Under the pieces are notes generated by a model. That model ran no database searches. It saw nothing but the letters and a program-made list of their open reading frames with translations, and had not been told where the DNA came from. From Pseudodesulfovibrio piezophilus C1TLV30 (GTDB lineage Bacteria; Desulfobacterota; Desulfovibrionia; Desulfovibrionales; Desulfovibrionaceae): a stretch of 32,000 nucleotides of DNA. The stretch covers positions 390,001-422,000 of the forward strand of contig NC_020409.1 in assembly GCF_000341895.1 (NCBI RefSeq), read 5' to 3'. Numbering within the stretch: the first letter of the stretch is position 1; each line of letters begins with the position of its first letter. This document shows positions 1-8,772 of this stretch, piece after piece. A program made the position numbers and the translations under genes.

Positions 1-213
1 ATGTACTTTAAGAACGTCTCTTTCTGCTTGGTGAAGCCAGGTGAGTAATTCTAGCTGTGCTCCTGCCTGCATTGAGTCCAGCCCTTCAGCGTAGAGTGGA
101 TCGATTTCGATTGTTGCCTGAACAGCCCCAGGGGCGTCTTCCATTTTGGGAGCAGTGCTCAGATCTTTGATTGATGATCGGACCACTCCAATAATGACAA
201 GTTCTTTATTCAT
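1..213 (-). CDS. trmO: tRNA m6t6A37 methyltransferase TrmO/TsaA (YaeB-like) family, N-terminal 71 codons only; the gene runs off the window edge
   Basis: Not in the ORF track because it has no stop inside the window. The reverse-strand ATG at 213-211 overlaps the thiL stop (ATGA). My translation is MNKELVIIGVVRSSIKDLSTAPKMEDAPGAVQATIEIDPLYAEGLDSMQAGAQLELLTWLHQAERDVLKVH. It fits the TsaA/YaeB N-terminal pattern (IGVxRS..., Y.EGL, L.WLH). Confidence 0.55.
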   Translation of the reverse strand, partial: MNKELVIIGVVRSSIKDLSTAPKMEDAPGAVQATIEIDPLYAEGLDSMQAGAQLELLTWLHQAERDVLKVH

Positions 214-1169
214 GAGGTCTCCGTTTTTGTAAAATGGTCGAACCCAGATCCTGTAAAAGGATTACCATTGACAATAATACCGGGAGCTTTGGTCACAGTA
301 CCGATACGCGAGAAGCCTGGTACTGATTCTGCTTTACCCAATTCAAAAGGAGAGACGGCCCCGAGAAGGGCATAGTCTTCACCCCCTATAAGGGTGAATG
401 AAATCGGGTCATGCTGAATTATTTCGGAAAATTTTTTGATATCGTTATTTAAACTGTCTTCTTTGATCTCTAGCTCAGCACCGGAGTCCGCTCCGAGGAA
501 TCTGGGGAGGTCCTGAGCCAAACCATCCGAGATATCCATGAGTCCTTTAACCCCAGCAGCGTTAAGAAGTGTGCCTATTAGTACCTTGGGTTTAGGTCTC
601 AAGTGAGCCATCACAGCCGCCGGGAAAAGCGTCCGGGCTTTCTCTCCATATTTTTCAAGAGCCAGAAGCCCTGTACGCGCCAAGCCGAGGTCTCCTATTG
701 TGAAAAGAATATCTCCGGTATGGCAATTACCTCGGGTTATGAACCCTGTAGAGCCGCCTATACCGAAGATGGTAATGGAGATCATCAGTTTGTCTCCTCG
801 ACTTAAATCACCACCGGCCAAGACTATATCGTTTTGTTTGGCCAAAATAGCCATGGATTTGAAAAAATCCTTCCAAAAATCATTTTTGAGCGTAGGGGGA
901 GCAACTATATTCATTGTAAATGCGATTGGCTTGGCCCCCATTGCGGCTATATCACTAATATTAACCGCAAGGGCCTTGTATCCGATATCTTCCGGAGAAA
1001 AGTAAGCCTGTCGAAAATGAATGTCTTCGATAAAAAGATCGGAGGAGACACAAAGGTCTTTATTTCCCGTTAATACGGCACAGTCATCACCGCGTCCCAG
1101 TTTAATAAAATCGTGATCACATGGGAAAAAAGAATCTATAAGTTCAAGGAATGTCTGTTCGCTCTTCAT
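210..1169 (-). CDS. thiL: Thiamine-monophosphate kinase (AIR-synthase-related fold)
   Basis: 319 aa. The N-terminal GRGDDCAVL and DLFIEDIHF motifs are typical of ThiL. AAGGAG lies upstream of the ATG at 1169. Confidence 0.85.
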   Translation of the reverse strand: MKSEQTFLELIDSFFPCDHDFIKLGRGDDCAVLTGNKDLCVSSDLFIEDIHFRQAYFSPEDIGYKALAVNISDIAAMGAKPIAFTMNIVAPPTLKNDFWKDFFKSMAILAKQNDIVLAGGDLSRGDKLMISITIFGIGGSTGFITRGNCHTGDILFTIGDLGLARTGLLALEKYGEKARTLFPAAVMAHLRPKPKVLIGTLLNAAGVKGLMDISDGLAQDLPRFLGADSGAELEIKEDSLNNDIKKFSEIIQHDPISFTLIGGEDYALLGAVSPFELGKAESVPGFSRIGTVTKAPGIIVNGNPFTGSGFDHFTKTETS

Positions 1170-1186
1170 TTTAGTCTCTTAAGGAG

Positions 1187-3325
1187 TTAGATCATTTCAA
1201 TATAGTCGCCGATGATTGTCTTTATACCAAAGCCTGGGAAGTTTATCTTGAATTTATTAGGCTCTGGTTGAGCAATAATTTTGCCTTTGCCAAAGATTTT
1301 ATGTTTGCAGAATCCCAATTTGACAGTATTTTTTTTGTTTTTCGTGTCCGTATTACTCTCTGTGTGAGTTTGCTGGCGCGTTGTTCCTAACTGTGGATGA
1401 GTTTCAGGCCGAGTTCTTTTTTCCATGCCTCCACCGTATGATTCGTTGAGACGTTCAAAAGTCTCATTAGGCAATTCAAGGATAAATGGACTGGGCAATG
1501 TAGGGTCAGACATCCCACTGGCTCGATTGTAGACCGAACTTGGCACAAAGAGTTTAAGACAATCTTTTGCACGAGTGCACGCCACATACATCAGCCGACG
1601 CTCCTCTTCCAAGTCTTCAGCTCGTTGCATGGCCTTTCGAGATGGAAAGCGATCTTCAACCAAATCTATGATGATCACAGCTTTCCACTCTAGGCCTTTT
1701 GCAGAGTGAACAGTTGAAAGGACTACTGAATTCTCTTTGCGTTTCTCGTCCTCGGGATCTCCATTGAGGCTGAGATCTCCCAGAAACTGTTCCATATCAG
1801 AATAACTGACTGCAATTTGGCTTAATTGTTCAAGCCCTGCTTGGCGTTTTGGATAATCATCCGGGTATTTTTCAATAAGGATTGGCTGGTAGAAAGACAT
1901 TATTCGCTCAAGAAGCATGGAGGGTTTCGGTGTCAGTCCTCTCAGGGTATTGAGTTCATTAAAAAGTGCTCGTAAATCTTCATGCTTTTTTGTGATTGTC
2001 GTGAGATATTTTGAATCACCAGAGTGCATAGCTTTGTAAATTTTCGCGACAGTTTTGGGGCCTACCCCCTTAATATGGTCCATAGCTCGCTGCCAGGCGA
2101 GAAGATCGTGTGGATTAAGAACGAGTCTGAGGTAGGAAAGAACATCTTTGACATGGGCTGCCTCATGGAAGCGAATACCACCAAATTTTTGATAATCAAT
2201 GCCTATTCTGGTCAATGCCACTTCAAGTGGAAAAGATTGGTACCCTGCACGAAAAAGAACTGCGATTTCATGTAACATATATTTTCGTTGCAAGGTCAGA
2301 ATTTGGTCAACAACCAGGCGTGCCTGACTTTGATCACTGAGAGGATAGACCACTTCAGGCAGTTTGTCGCTTTTAAGGTCAGAGTATAGATGTTTGTCGA
2401 ATTTTGTCGCTGCCCCGGCCAGAATCTCATTTGTCAGGTCAAGAATGGGCTGTACAGATCGATAATTTTTTTCAAGCCGAATAATCTTGGTCCCTTCGAA
2501 TATTTTGGGAAAATCGAGAATATTGGCTATGTTCGCCCCTCGAAAAGCGTAGATTGACTGGGCGTCATCACCAACGGCCATCACATTGCCCTTACTTCCA
2601 GCCAAGTGCTTGACGATTCGAGCCTGAACCAGGTTAGTATCTTGGTATTCATCAACCATGATATAGCGGTAACGTGTTTGAAGTTGGTTTCTGAGTGGGG
2701 CATTCTCTTCAAGTAGTTGATCAAGCAAAAAAAGAAGATCATCATAATCCATGAGGGCATGTTCTCGCTTGAATTGTGCATACCCATTGGAAATTTCATT
2801 TATATCATCAAGATACGGACTGAGGTGGTAGGCTTCCCGTTCCATGATGATTTCTATGGGAAGCTCTTTATTTCTGGATTTGGTGATCATATCCAGTAAG
2901 GTGCTCTTCCTGGGGTATGAACGGTCTCCTTTGCCGAGTTTGAAAACATCTTTAACTTCCTTGCAGATATTTTCGCTGTCAGCTCTATCCATTAGGGTAA
3001 ACCCATTGTTGAAACCGATATCGGCAGCGTTGCGCCTCAATGTTGCATACGCAAAGGAATGAAATGTTCCGCCACTGGTCCCTGTCAGGGGTCTGCCAAG
3101 GATGACTTCAGCTCGGGCAAGCATTTCTTGCGCAGCCTTTTTGGTAAAGGTAAGAAGTAAAATTTGAGCGGGGTCAATGCCGGACTCAACGAGATGCGCC
3201 AATCTGTATACAATTGTTCTGGTTTTGCCGGAACCAGCTCCGGCAATAACCAGTACCGGGCCCTCTGTGGTTTGTACGGCTTCCCGTTGTGCATCATTCA
3301 ATTCAGTTTCAAAATCAATGCTCAT
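1187..3325 (-). CDS. UvrD/PcrA/Rep-family superfamily-1 ATP-dependent DNA helicase with a C-terminal Tudor-like tail
   Basis: 712 aa. Motifs seen: Walker A AGAGSGKT, DEYQDT, VGDDAQSIYAFRGA, TVHSAKGLEW and YVACTRAKD. The C-terminal GFCKHKIFGKGKII resembles the V.H..FG.G.V motif of the UvrD/PcrA Tudor domain. Confidence 0.9.
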   Translation of the reverse strand: MSIDFETELNDAQREAVQTTEGPVLVIAGAGSGKTRTIVYRLAHLVESGIDPAQILLLTFTKKAAQEMLARAEVILGRPLTGTSGGTFHSFAYATLRRNAADIGFNNGFTLMDRADSENICKEVKDVFKLGKGDRSYPRKSTLLDMITKSRNKELPIEIIMEREAYHLSPYLDDINEISNGYAQFKREHALMDYDDLLFLLDQLLEENAPLRNQLQTRYRYIMVDEYQDTNLVQARIVKHLAGSKGNVMAVGDDAQSIYAFRGANIANILDFPKIFEGTKIIRLEKNYRSVQPILDLTNEILAGAATKFDKHLYSDLKSDKLPEVVYPLSDQSQARLVVDQILTLQRKYMLHEIAVLFRAGYQSFPLEVALTRIGIDYQKFGGIRFHEAAHVKDVLSYLRLVLNPHDLLAWQRAMDHIKGVGPKTVAKIYKAMHSGDSKYLTTITKKHEDLRALFNELNTLRGLTPKPSMLLERIMSFYQPILIEKYPDDYPKRQAGLEQLSQIAVSYSDMEQFLGDLSLNGDPEDEKRKENSVVLSTVHSAKGLEWKAVIIIDLVEDRFPSRKAMQRAEDLEEERRLMYVACTRAKDCLKLFVPSSVYNRASGMSDPTLPSPFILELPNETFERLNESYGGGMEKRTRPETHPQLGTTRQQTHTESNTDTKNKKNTVKLGFCKHKIFGKGKIIAQPEPNKFKINFPGFGIKTIIGDYIEMI

Positions 3326-3328
3326 TGA

Positions 3329-4660
3329 TCAACTATCCGCAATGTTGAAATATTCAAGTATGGTTTGTCCCGTGTCGCGCATTCGGGCCGGTTTTGAGCC
3401 TTGGCTGTCGTAGAAGATAGCTCCTTCAACCGTGTGTGTTCCTGTTCTGCCATGGAACCCGAAAAGATTGGTTCTGTCGAATTTTGCCTTAAGATCAAAA
3501 CCTGGATACGCTTGGCAGATCAAGTCTGGAACCTCTGCAGACTGTGTTCCTGGATAAAGTTCAGGGCCCATATGAACATCAGCCATTACTTTCTCTCCGT
3601 TCAAAGTCAAATCGAGCAGACCTTTCCTGATGACTCGTATCAAGTCTTTTTTTTCTGAGGGCATTACCTGACCTCGAGCAAATCGATTCTTCTGGTGAAT
3701 GTATATCCGACCTGGATCAAGTGCAAAAGCTTTACTTTCGTCCCCTATGACAGTGGCATCCCATTCGTCTTGGGGAGTTCCTTGATATGTCAGGTCTCCG
3801 TTTTGAGCCAACCATGTATTGACACACACTTCTGTTTTCAATTCGGTAAAACCATGGTCCGCTAAAACGAGTAAACGCTTCGGGGCGGGGAGGCTGTCAT
3901 ATTTCTTGAGGAAGAGCCCTAATGCATGATCCCATTCGGCGAGAAATTGCATGCATTTGACATGAAGGGGATGGCTTTCCGACAAGACTGCATCCATAAA
4001 AAAGTGAAAGAGTCGATCTGTCTCAGTGAAAACATGGACAAAAAGATCCCATGCCAAATCAGGCCACATTAAATCAAGCGCTTTCAGGCGGGAGTGAAGA
4101 GTTTGTCTCAATTCACGCAAAAGATATTCCAGATCGGTTGCGCCCCTATTCGTGTCAGCTTCAAGTTTATATTCATAGTCGTGAAGCTTGTCTGCAAGAA
4201 AAGGCGGATAAACAGCATCAGGAAGAGAGTGTGCAACAAAACCGGCTACGAGCATGCCCCGTATTGGCTGGGCTGGGTACATATTGGGCAGGTTTATGAT
4301 TCTTGATATGAAATCATGTTTGCCAAGTGTATCAAAAAGTGTTGGGCATTGAATTTGTCTGCTGTCGGTTATGCTGAGTTCATATGTCTGCGTATTCATG
4401 GTAGAGAAACCGAATACTCCATGATCTTCAGGACCTTTTCCTGTAAAAAATGATGTCCAATTCACAGGTGAAAGCTCTGGAATTTCCGCTTTTACTGTGG
4501 TTGCTTCGGATGCAATACGACCAATATTGGGTAAGATATGTCCAATTTTTTGGGCAAGCGAAAGCGGCAAGCCGTCAAGCCCAAGGACGACAAGCCGCTT
4601 TCTCGATTTTTCTGAAGAAAGAAGTATGGACATGAGATGATCAAGACACGATTGCTTCAA
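3329..4660 (-). CDS. Alkaline-phosphatase superfamily protein, type I phosphodiesterase / nucleotide pyrophosphatase family
   Basis: 443 aa. VVLGLDGL is a metal-ligand Asp region. SPVNWTSFFTGKGPEDHGV is an NPP-like nucleophile loop (T/S..TG..P..HG). LADHGF is the distal metal site. An alternative start at 4633 (MSILL...) would remove the 20-nt overlap with the upstream gene. Confidence 0.7.
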   Translation of the reverse strand: MKQSCLDHLMSILLSSEKSRKRLVVLGLDGLPLSLAQKIGHILPNIGRIASEATTVKAEIPELSPVNWTSFFTGKGPEDHGVFGFSTMNTQTYELSITDSRQIQCPTLFDTLGKHDFISRIINLPNMYPAQPIRGMLVAGFVAHSLPDAVYPPFLADKLHDYEYKLEADTNRGATDLEYLLRELRQTLHSRLKALDLMWPDLAWDLFVHVFTETDRLFHFFMDAVLSESHPLHVKCMQFLAEWDHALGLFLKKYDSLPAPKRLLVLADHGFTELKTEVCVNTWLAQNGDLTYQGTPQDEWDATVIGDESKAFALDPGRIYIHQKNRFARGQVMPSEKKDLIRVIRKGLLDLTLNGEKVMADVHMGPELYPGTQSAEVPDLICQAYPGFDLKAKFDRTNLFGFHGRTGTHTVEGAIFYDSQGSKPARMRDTGQTILEYFNIADS

Positions 4661-5522
4661 ACTTCTTGAGGAAGAACGATGGATTGTAAGAAAGTTTGGC
4701 TTTTCTCAGCCCCTCATCTCCCAAGTCCTGCTCTCTATTTACATTGGTAAAGGTATCAGCATCATTTTTGAGAAACATTTGATTAATTGCTTGGTAGACT
4801 CCTTTGTGCCGAATATCTCCTTTCTCGAAATGAATGACAATGGAGTCATCGCATAAAGGTTCTGCTACTGTGTACGCAATCACTTTACCATCTACCCGTA
4901 AAGTAGCTCCCATAAGCCCTTTTATTTGATCAAAATTGAGCATCACACGAGTAATGGCATGATTCTCGGCTTTGATAGCTTCAGAGGGATTGTTTTCTTC
5001 ATACCATTTATACCATTCATCTTGCATTTCTAAAACTTCCTCAACGCATTCCGGTCGCATGGATTCATATTGGAAATTAGAGTTTTTAATAAATTGGTTA
5101 AGAAGATTTTTCTTTTTATGAAATTTTTTCCCTTTGAGAGCGATTAGTTCTTCAACTGAATAGATGTAATCCCAGTGCCCTCTGTTCTCTGTGAGCTTGA
5201 TTGCGGAGCCATAGGCTTTTTCCCAGTGATTGGCGAGGGCTTCGGGAACACGGGTGAAACGTTGGGCTTCTTTCATAATTGAGCAGTCAACCCAGGCGTA
5301 TTTGTCCCAGGGGCCAACAGGGGCCCAGTAAATGACTTCCGGGCGAGTTTGGCGAATGAAGCATAAGTCCTTATGAAATGCCCATTCGAGTCCATAGTGT
5401 TCTGCCCATCCAAAAATATTGGCAAAGGAAAAATCACTGGTCATTAGTTGAGGACAGCCAGTCATGGCGATATGGTAATCATCCTGTCTGTCCAAGCTTA
5501 TGGGGCCAAAATCGAGTGTCAT
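4641..5522 (-). CDS. Stand-alone DUF2156 protein (MprF/LysX C-terminal aminoacyl-phosphatidylglycerol-synthase-like domain)
   Basis: 293 aa. FSFANIFGW near the N-terminus and WDYIYSVEELIALKGKKFHKKKNLLNQF match the DY.Y...L..L.GKK...KRN..N.F signature of the domain. HFEKGD lies later in the protein. The ATG at 5522 overlaps the MATE stop (ATGA). Confidence 0.7.
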   Translation of the reverse strand: MTLDFGPISLDRQDDYHIAMTGCPQLMTSDFSFANIFGWAEHYGLEWAFHKDLCFIRQTRPEVIYWAPVGPWDKYAWVDCSIMKEAQRFTRVPEALANHWEKAYGSAIKLTENRGHWDYIYSVEELIALKGKKFHKKKNLLNQFIKNSNFQYESMRPECVEEVLEMQDEWYKWYEENNPSEAIKAENHAITRVMLNFDQIKGLMGATLRVDGKVIAYTVAEPLCDDSIVIHFEKGDIRHKGVYQAINQMFLKNDADTFTNVNREQDLGDEGLRKAKLSYNPSFFLKKFEAIVS

Positions 5523-6934
5523 GCAGATTCCTTGTGTGCTGCACTGGTACGATTGCCATTCCGATTTTTAATCATAGCGAATCGTTGCCAGTTCTTGAAG
5601 GTGTAAAAATACACCAGGGTCAGGGATTGAACAATTTGGGAGCAGAACATGGCAATCCAGATTCCTTCGGCATCTTGCATCCAAAGGTGTCCCAACCCGT
5701 AAGCGAGTGGGAGACGGATAAACCAACTGGCGCATCCCATAATAAGCAAATTGTATAAAGTCGCACCTGCGCCATTGAACGCGCCCGCTAAAATCATACT
5801 GGTCAGAGTGAATGGAATAGCGAGTATATTCCATTTGAGATACGTGATGGCTTCTTGGGCAACAGCGGGGTCGCGTGTCAGTATATTCACGCAGGGAGTG
5901 ATGAACTGCCAGAAGATAATGGAAAACAATGTAATTGAAATCAATCCAAGAAAGAGGATTCTGTAACCACATTTTTTTGCTTCTTCAGGCTGTCTCGCTC
6001 CGAGATAGTGGCCGATAAGAATTCCGGCTGTCATGTTGAAAGCAAATGCAGGTAAAAACAACAATGCCTCTATTCGTAAACCTATAGCCATGCCAGCGAG
6101 AGCATTGACAGCATTCCAGGGAAGAGCTGCTGTTATTGCGTAAAGGACAAGGTAGCCAGAGTGCCATACGATTTGCATCAGTCCTGAAGGCCATGAAACC
6201 TTGGCAAGGTAGGGGAGCGCTCTTTTTATCCAGCGCAGTGGTGGAAAACTTTTGAATTTAAGGACTCCCTGGCGTGCCAATATGAATATATTAAGCAAGG
6301 CTCCTGCCGTAACAGAGCCAAAGGTTGCCCATGCGAGTCCTTTAAAACCTATATCCGGCATACCAAACCAACCAAGGCCGAGGCCAAGATCGAGAAAAGT
6401 ATTCATCAGAGTGACAAGAATCATTGAATAAAGTGGGTATATGACTTGTTTTCGTGCTCTGAAAATCGCATTCGTAATGAGGAGTATATAATATGATGGT
6501 AGCAGAATGAGATAGACCGCAAGAAAATATTCAGTCACTGGCCGCATGGTGGGTGGAACCTGAAGTGCTGTGACAAGAAAGTCTTTAAGCGGAAGACCGA
6601 AGAGAAGGAAAATACCGCCGAAGATTGCCGCGAGAATGAGAGAAAGACCCACATAGCGTTCAACACGTTTGTAGAGACCTGCTCCCAAAGATTGGCTGAT
6701 AGCTGCGACTGATCCGTTTGCCACGGCCATGGCAATGACTAACAGGAAGAAAAGTGATTGGGATATGATTCCTAACGACGCCTGTACTTCTCGGTTAATG
6801 TACCCAGCGACCCAGACATCAGCCAAGCCGATACAGAAATGGAAGACCATCATAATGAGTTGAGGCCATGCCAAATGCCATATCGTGCGGTATGGGGCCC
6901 GCTTCATATCAATTGCAGTATTTTGTTCAGACAT
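5519..6934 (-). CDS. MATE-family (MOP superfamily) efflux transporter / flippase-like membrane protein
   Basis: 471 aa and highly hydrophobic with about 12 predicted helices. The N-terminal IWHLAWPQLIMMVF...ADVWVAG is typical of MATE/NorM proteins. Confidence 0.8.
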   Translation of the reverse strand: MSEQNTAIDMKRAPYRTIWHLAWPQLIMMVFHFCIGLADVWVAGYINREVQASLGIISQSLFFLLVIAMAVANGSVAAISQSLGAGLYKRVERYVGLSLILAAIFGGIFLLFGLPLKDFLVTALQVPPTMRPVTEYFLAVYLILLPSYYILLITNAIFRARKQVIYPLYSMILVTLMNTFLDLGLGLGWFGMPDIGFKGLAWATFGSVTAGALLNIFILARQGVLKFKSFPPLRWIKRALPYLAKVSWPSGLMQIVWHSGYLVLYAITAALPWNAVNALAGMAIGLRIEALLFLPAFAFNMTAGILIGHYLGARQPEEAKKCGYRILFLGLISITLFSIIFWQFITPCVNILTRDPAVAQEAITYLKWNILAIPFTLTSMILAGAFNGAGATLYNLLIMGCASWFIRLPLAYGLGHLWMQDAEGIWIAMFCSQIVQSLTLVYFYTFKNWQRFAMIKNRNGNRTSAAHKESA

Positions 6935-7181
6935 TCTTAGGGGGGATAAAGATTATTGGCAGACCTTACTCAAGGGTTGTAGCTGAATAATAGGTCTTCA
7001 TTTTGCTTTGCCAAGGGGGAATGATTATTTTCTTGGAACTCTTTCGAGAGCTTCAAGATTTCTATCAATATGGAGCCTAGATTGCATGGATGATTTCGTC
7101 CATGAAAGTTGTCAAATAGGATTTTTGAGAGGGCATCCCAGCTTAATGCTCGGCTGGATGAATAGAGATAAATCGTTGAAA

Positions 7182-7898
7182 CTAGTGCTGGTGAGGCATA
7201 TCGCCTTCTTCGTGGACATGTGTATGTGTATGGGGCTTAAGTTCGCCCGGTTGGATTTTCCCATTACGCATCGCAACGAATGTATCTGTTGTGGCCGCAA
7301 GAAAATCTGGTTCATGTGATACCACGAGACGGGCCATATCAAGACCGTTCAATATTTCGATGAGTCTTTTCTTGGCTTCAGGGGAAAGGCCTGTTGTCGG
7401 CTCGTCCAGTATGAGTACCTCTGGCTCCATGGAGAGTATGGTCGCTAGGGCAACAAGTTTTTTTTCTCCTCCTGATAATCTGTATGGGACACGGTTCTCA
7501 AAGCCCGCCAGTCCAACTCGGTTGAGAGCTTCGATAGCTTTTTCCCGTGCTTGATCCTTCGTCAAGCCTTGATTCAGTGGGCCAAAGGCGACGTCATCCA
7601 GAACTGTTGGACAGAAAAGTTGATCATCAGAGTTTTGGAAGAGAAATCCAATTTTTAGACGTGCCTGAGCAAATTTATGATCAGAGTCGATAGGGCGTTC
7701 AAAAAGAGAAATAGTGCCGTTCTGGGGTCGTATCAAGCCCATGAGAATATGAAGCATTGTTGTTTTCCCAGCACCGTTTGGTCCGAATAATCCTATCTTT
7801 TCCCCCTCATGGAGATGAAAGTTAAGACCGGTTAAAGCATTTTTTCTTCCAGGAAATGCATAAATGACTTCACTGAGTTCAATGACTTTTTTGCTCAC
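7182..7898 (-). CDS. cbiO: ECF-type (CbiO/EcfA-like) ABC transporter ATP-binding protein with a His-rich C-terminal tail
   Basis: Walker A GPNGAGKTT, signature LSGGEKK and Walker B LILDEPT are present. I chose the GTG at 7898-7896 as the start because it overlaps the cbiQ stop (GTGA); the ORF-track ATG at 8033 lies inside cbiQ. The tail reads KPHTHTHVHEEGDMPHQH. Confidence 0.85.
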   Translation of the reverse strand: MSKKVIELSEVIYAFPGRKNALTGLNFHLHEGEKIGLFGPNGAGKTTMLHILMGLIRPQNGTISLFERPIDSDHKFAQARLKIGFLFQNSDDQLFCPTVLDDVAFGPLNQGLTKDQAREKAIEALNRVGLAGFENRVPYRLSGGEKKLVALATILSMEPEVLILDEPTTGLSPEAKKRLIEILNGLDMARLVVSHEPDFLAATTDTFVAMRNGKIQPGELKPHTHTHVHEEGDMPHQH

Positions 7899-8665
7899 AA
7901 TAATATTCCCTTGAAAGTTTCGATAGCTAAGATGCAACTGACTGCTATGAGACTTATTATTACGAAGAGGGAGTCTCTGGTCGAGGTTCTTGATATGGAA
8001 AGTGTATAAAATTGTCCCTTGAATCCACGACATTTCATGGCATTATGCACCCGTTCGGCTCGGTCCCAGCTTTTAATCAGAAGCATACCCACCAGCCATG
8101 CGTATGTTTTATAAGTATGGCTGGTCGTTGTCGGCTTAAAGCCTCGCGCAGTCATTGCTTGGCGCATGAGAATGTATTCATGATGAATAACGAAGATGTA
8201 GCGGTAGGTGAAAAGCAATATATGGCAGAGCTTATTGGGAACTCGGAGTCTTTGAAGTGCTGGGCCGAGGTCCTGAATTTTGATTGTACCCAACAAAGCC
8301 ATTAATATCAGTACAATTGCATTTGATTTCAGAGTGATCAAGGTTGAAAGTTTAAGACCTTCTGCGGTGATCACTATGGGGCCAATGTGAAAAGCTGGAG
8401 TCCCAGGGGTGGTTATGGGGACAAGTAGCCAGAGGAAAAGGATAAAAGTATTCACAATTATGAGGCGTTTTGCCACGAGGCTGATAGTTAATCTGGCGAC
8501 CATCATAAAAACAATACCACAAATTAAAGCTGTGAGAGCTTGTAATGGCGATTGAACGAGCGCAGTCGGTATCGAAAGCAGGCTTGCACAAATGATTCGA
8601 ATACGCGGGTCCAATCTATGAATGGGAGACTGACCGGATTCGAAATTCGTTCCTATGATCGTCAT
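7895..8665 (-). CDS. cbiQ: ECF transporter transmembrane (T) component, CbiQ family
   Basis: 256 aa membrane protein. SPIHRLDPRIRI is at the N-terminus, and the two conserved Arg-containing coupling helices (AMTARGF, AMKCRGF) are present. It is translationally coupled to cbiO. Confidence 0.8.
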   Translation of the reverse strand: MTIIGTNFESGQSPIHRLDPRIRIICASLLSIPTALVQSPLQALTALICGIVFMMVARLTISLVAKRLIIVNTFILFLWLLVPITTPGTPAFHIGPIVITAEGLKLSTLITLKSNAIVLILMALLGTIKIQDLGPALQRLRVPNKLCHILLFTYRYIFVIHHEYILMRQAMTARGFKPTTTSHTYKTYAWLVGMLLIKSWDRAERVHNAMKCRGFKGQFYTLSISRTSTRDSLFVIISLIAVSCILAIETFKGILL

Positions 8666-8772
8666 GAATAAACCTCACTTCCCTCATTGCACAGGATTGT
8701 TTGGATTTCAGGGCGTAGTACAAAAGGAAAAATCGTGCAACTCAGATAAAAGGGGCTTTCAGAGGAGTATAG

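Noticed and set aside
1187-3325. UvrD-like helicase as part of a defence system (GajB- or Hachiman-type)
   Set aside because: It has the full housekeeping UvrD/PcrA motif set plus the C-terminal Tudor-like RNAP-interaction motif. It has no nuclease or ATPase partner typical of Gabija or Hachiman and is embedded among housekeeping genes.
7008-7319. 103-aa plus-strand ORF and 76-aa minus-strand ORF (7112-7342) in or around the cbiO-MATE intergenic region
   Set aside because: Both overlap the cbiO 3' end in other frames. Neither has a ribosome-binding site or a recognisable motif. The translations are Cys/Met/Phe-rich and look like noise.
7899-8033. Long N-terminal extensions given by the ORF track for cbiO (to 8033), NIL-Fd (to 19534), ybgF-like (to 20559), PLDc_N (to 20786), cysE (to 25932), cysK (to 26932), nifS (to 28073) and the small membrane ORF (from 31562)
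   Set aside because: Each extension overlaps the upstream gene and lacks a ribosome-binding site. In each case an internal start has a Shine-Dalgarno-like sequence and/or an ATGA or GTGA stop-start overlap, and it gives the N-terminus expected for the family.
8666-8772. Possible cobalamin riboswitch or NikR operator upstream of cbiQ
   Set aside because: The gap is only 107 nt, too short for a B12 riboswitch. No B12-box-like sequence and no obvious palindrome are visible.
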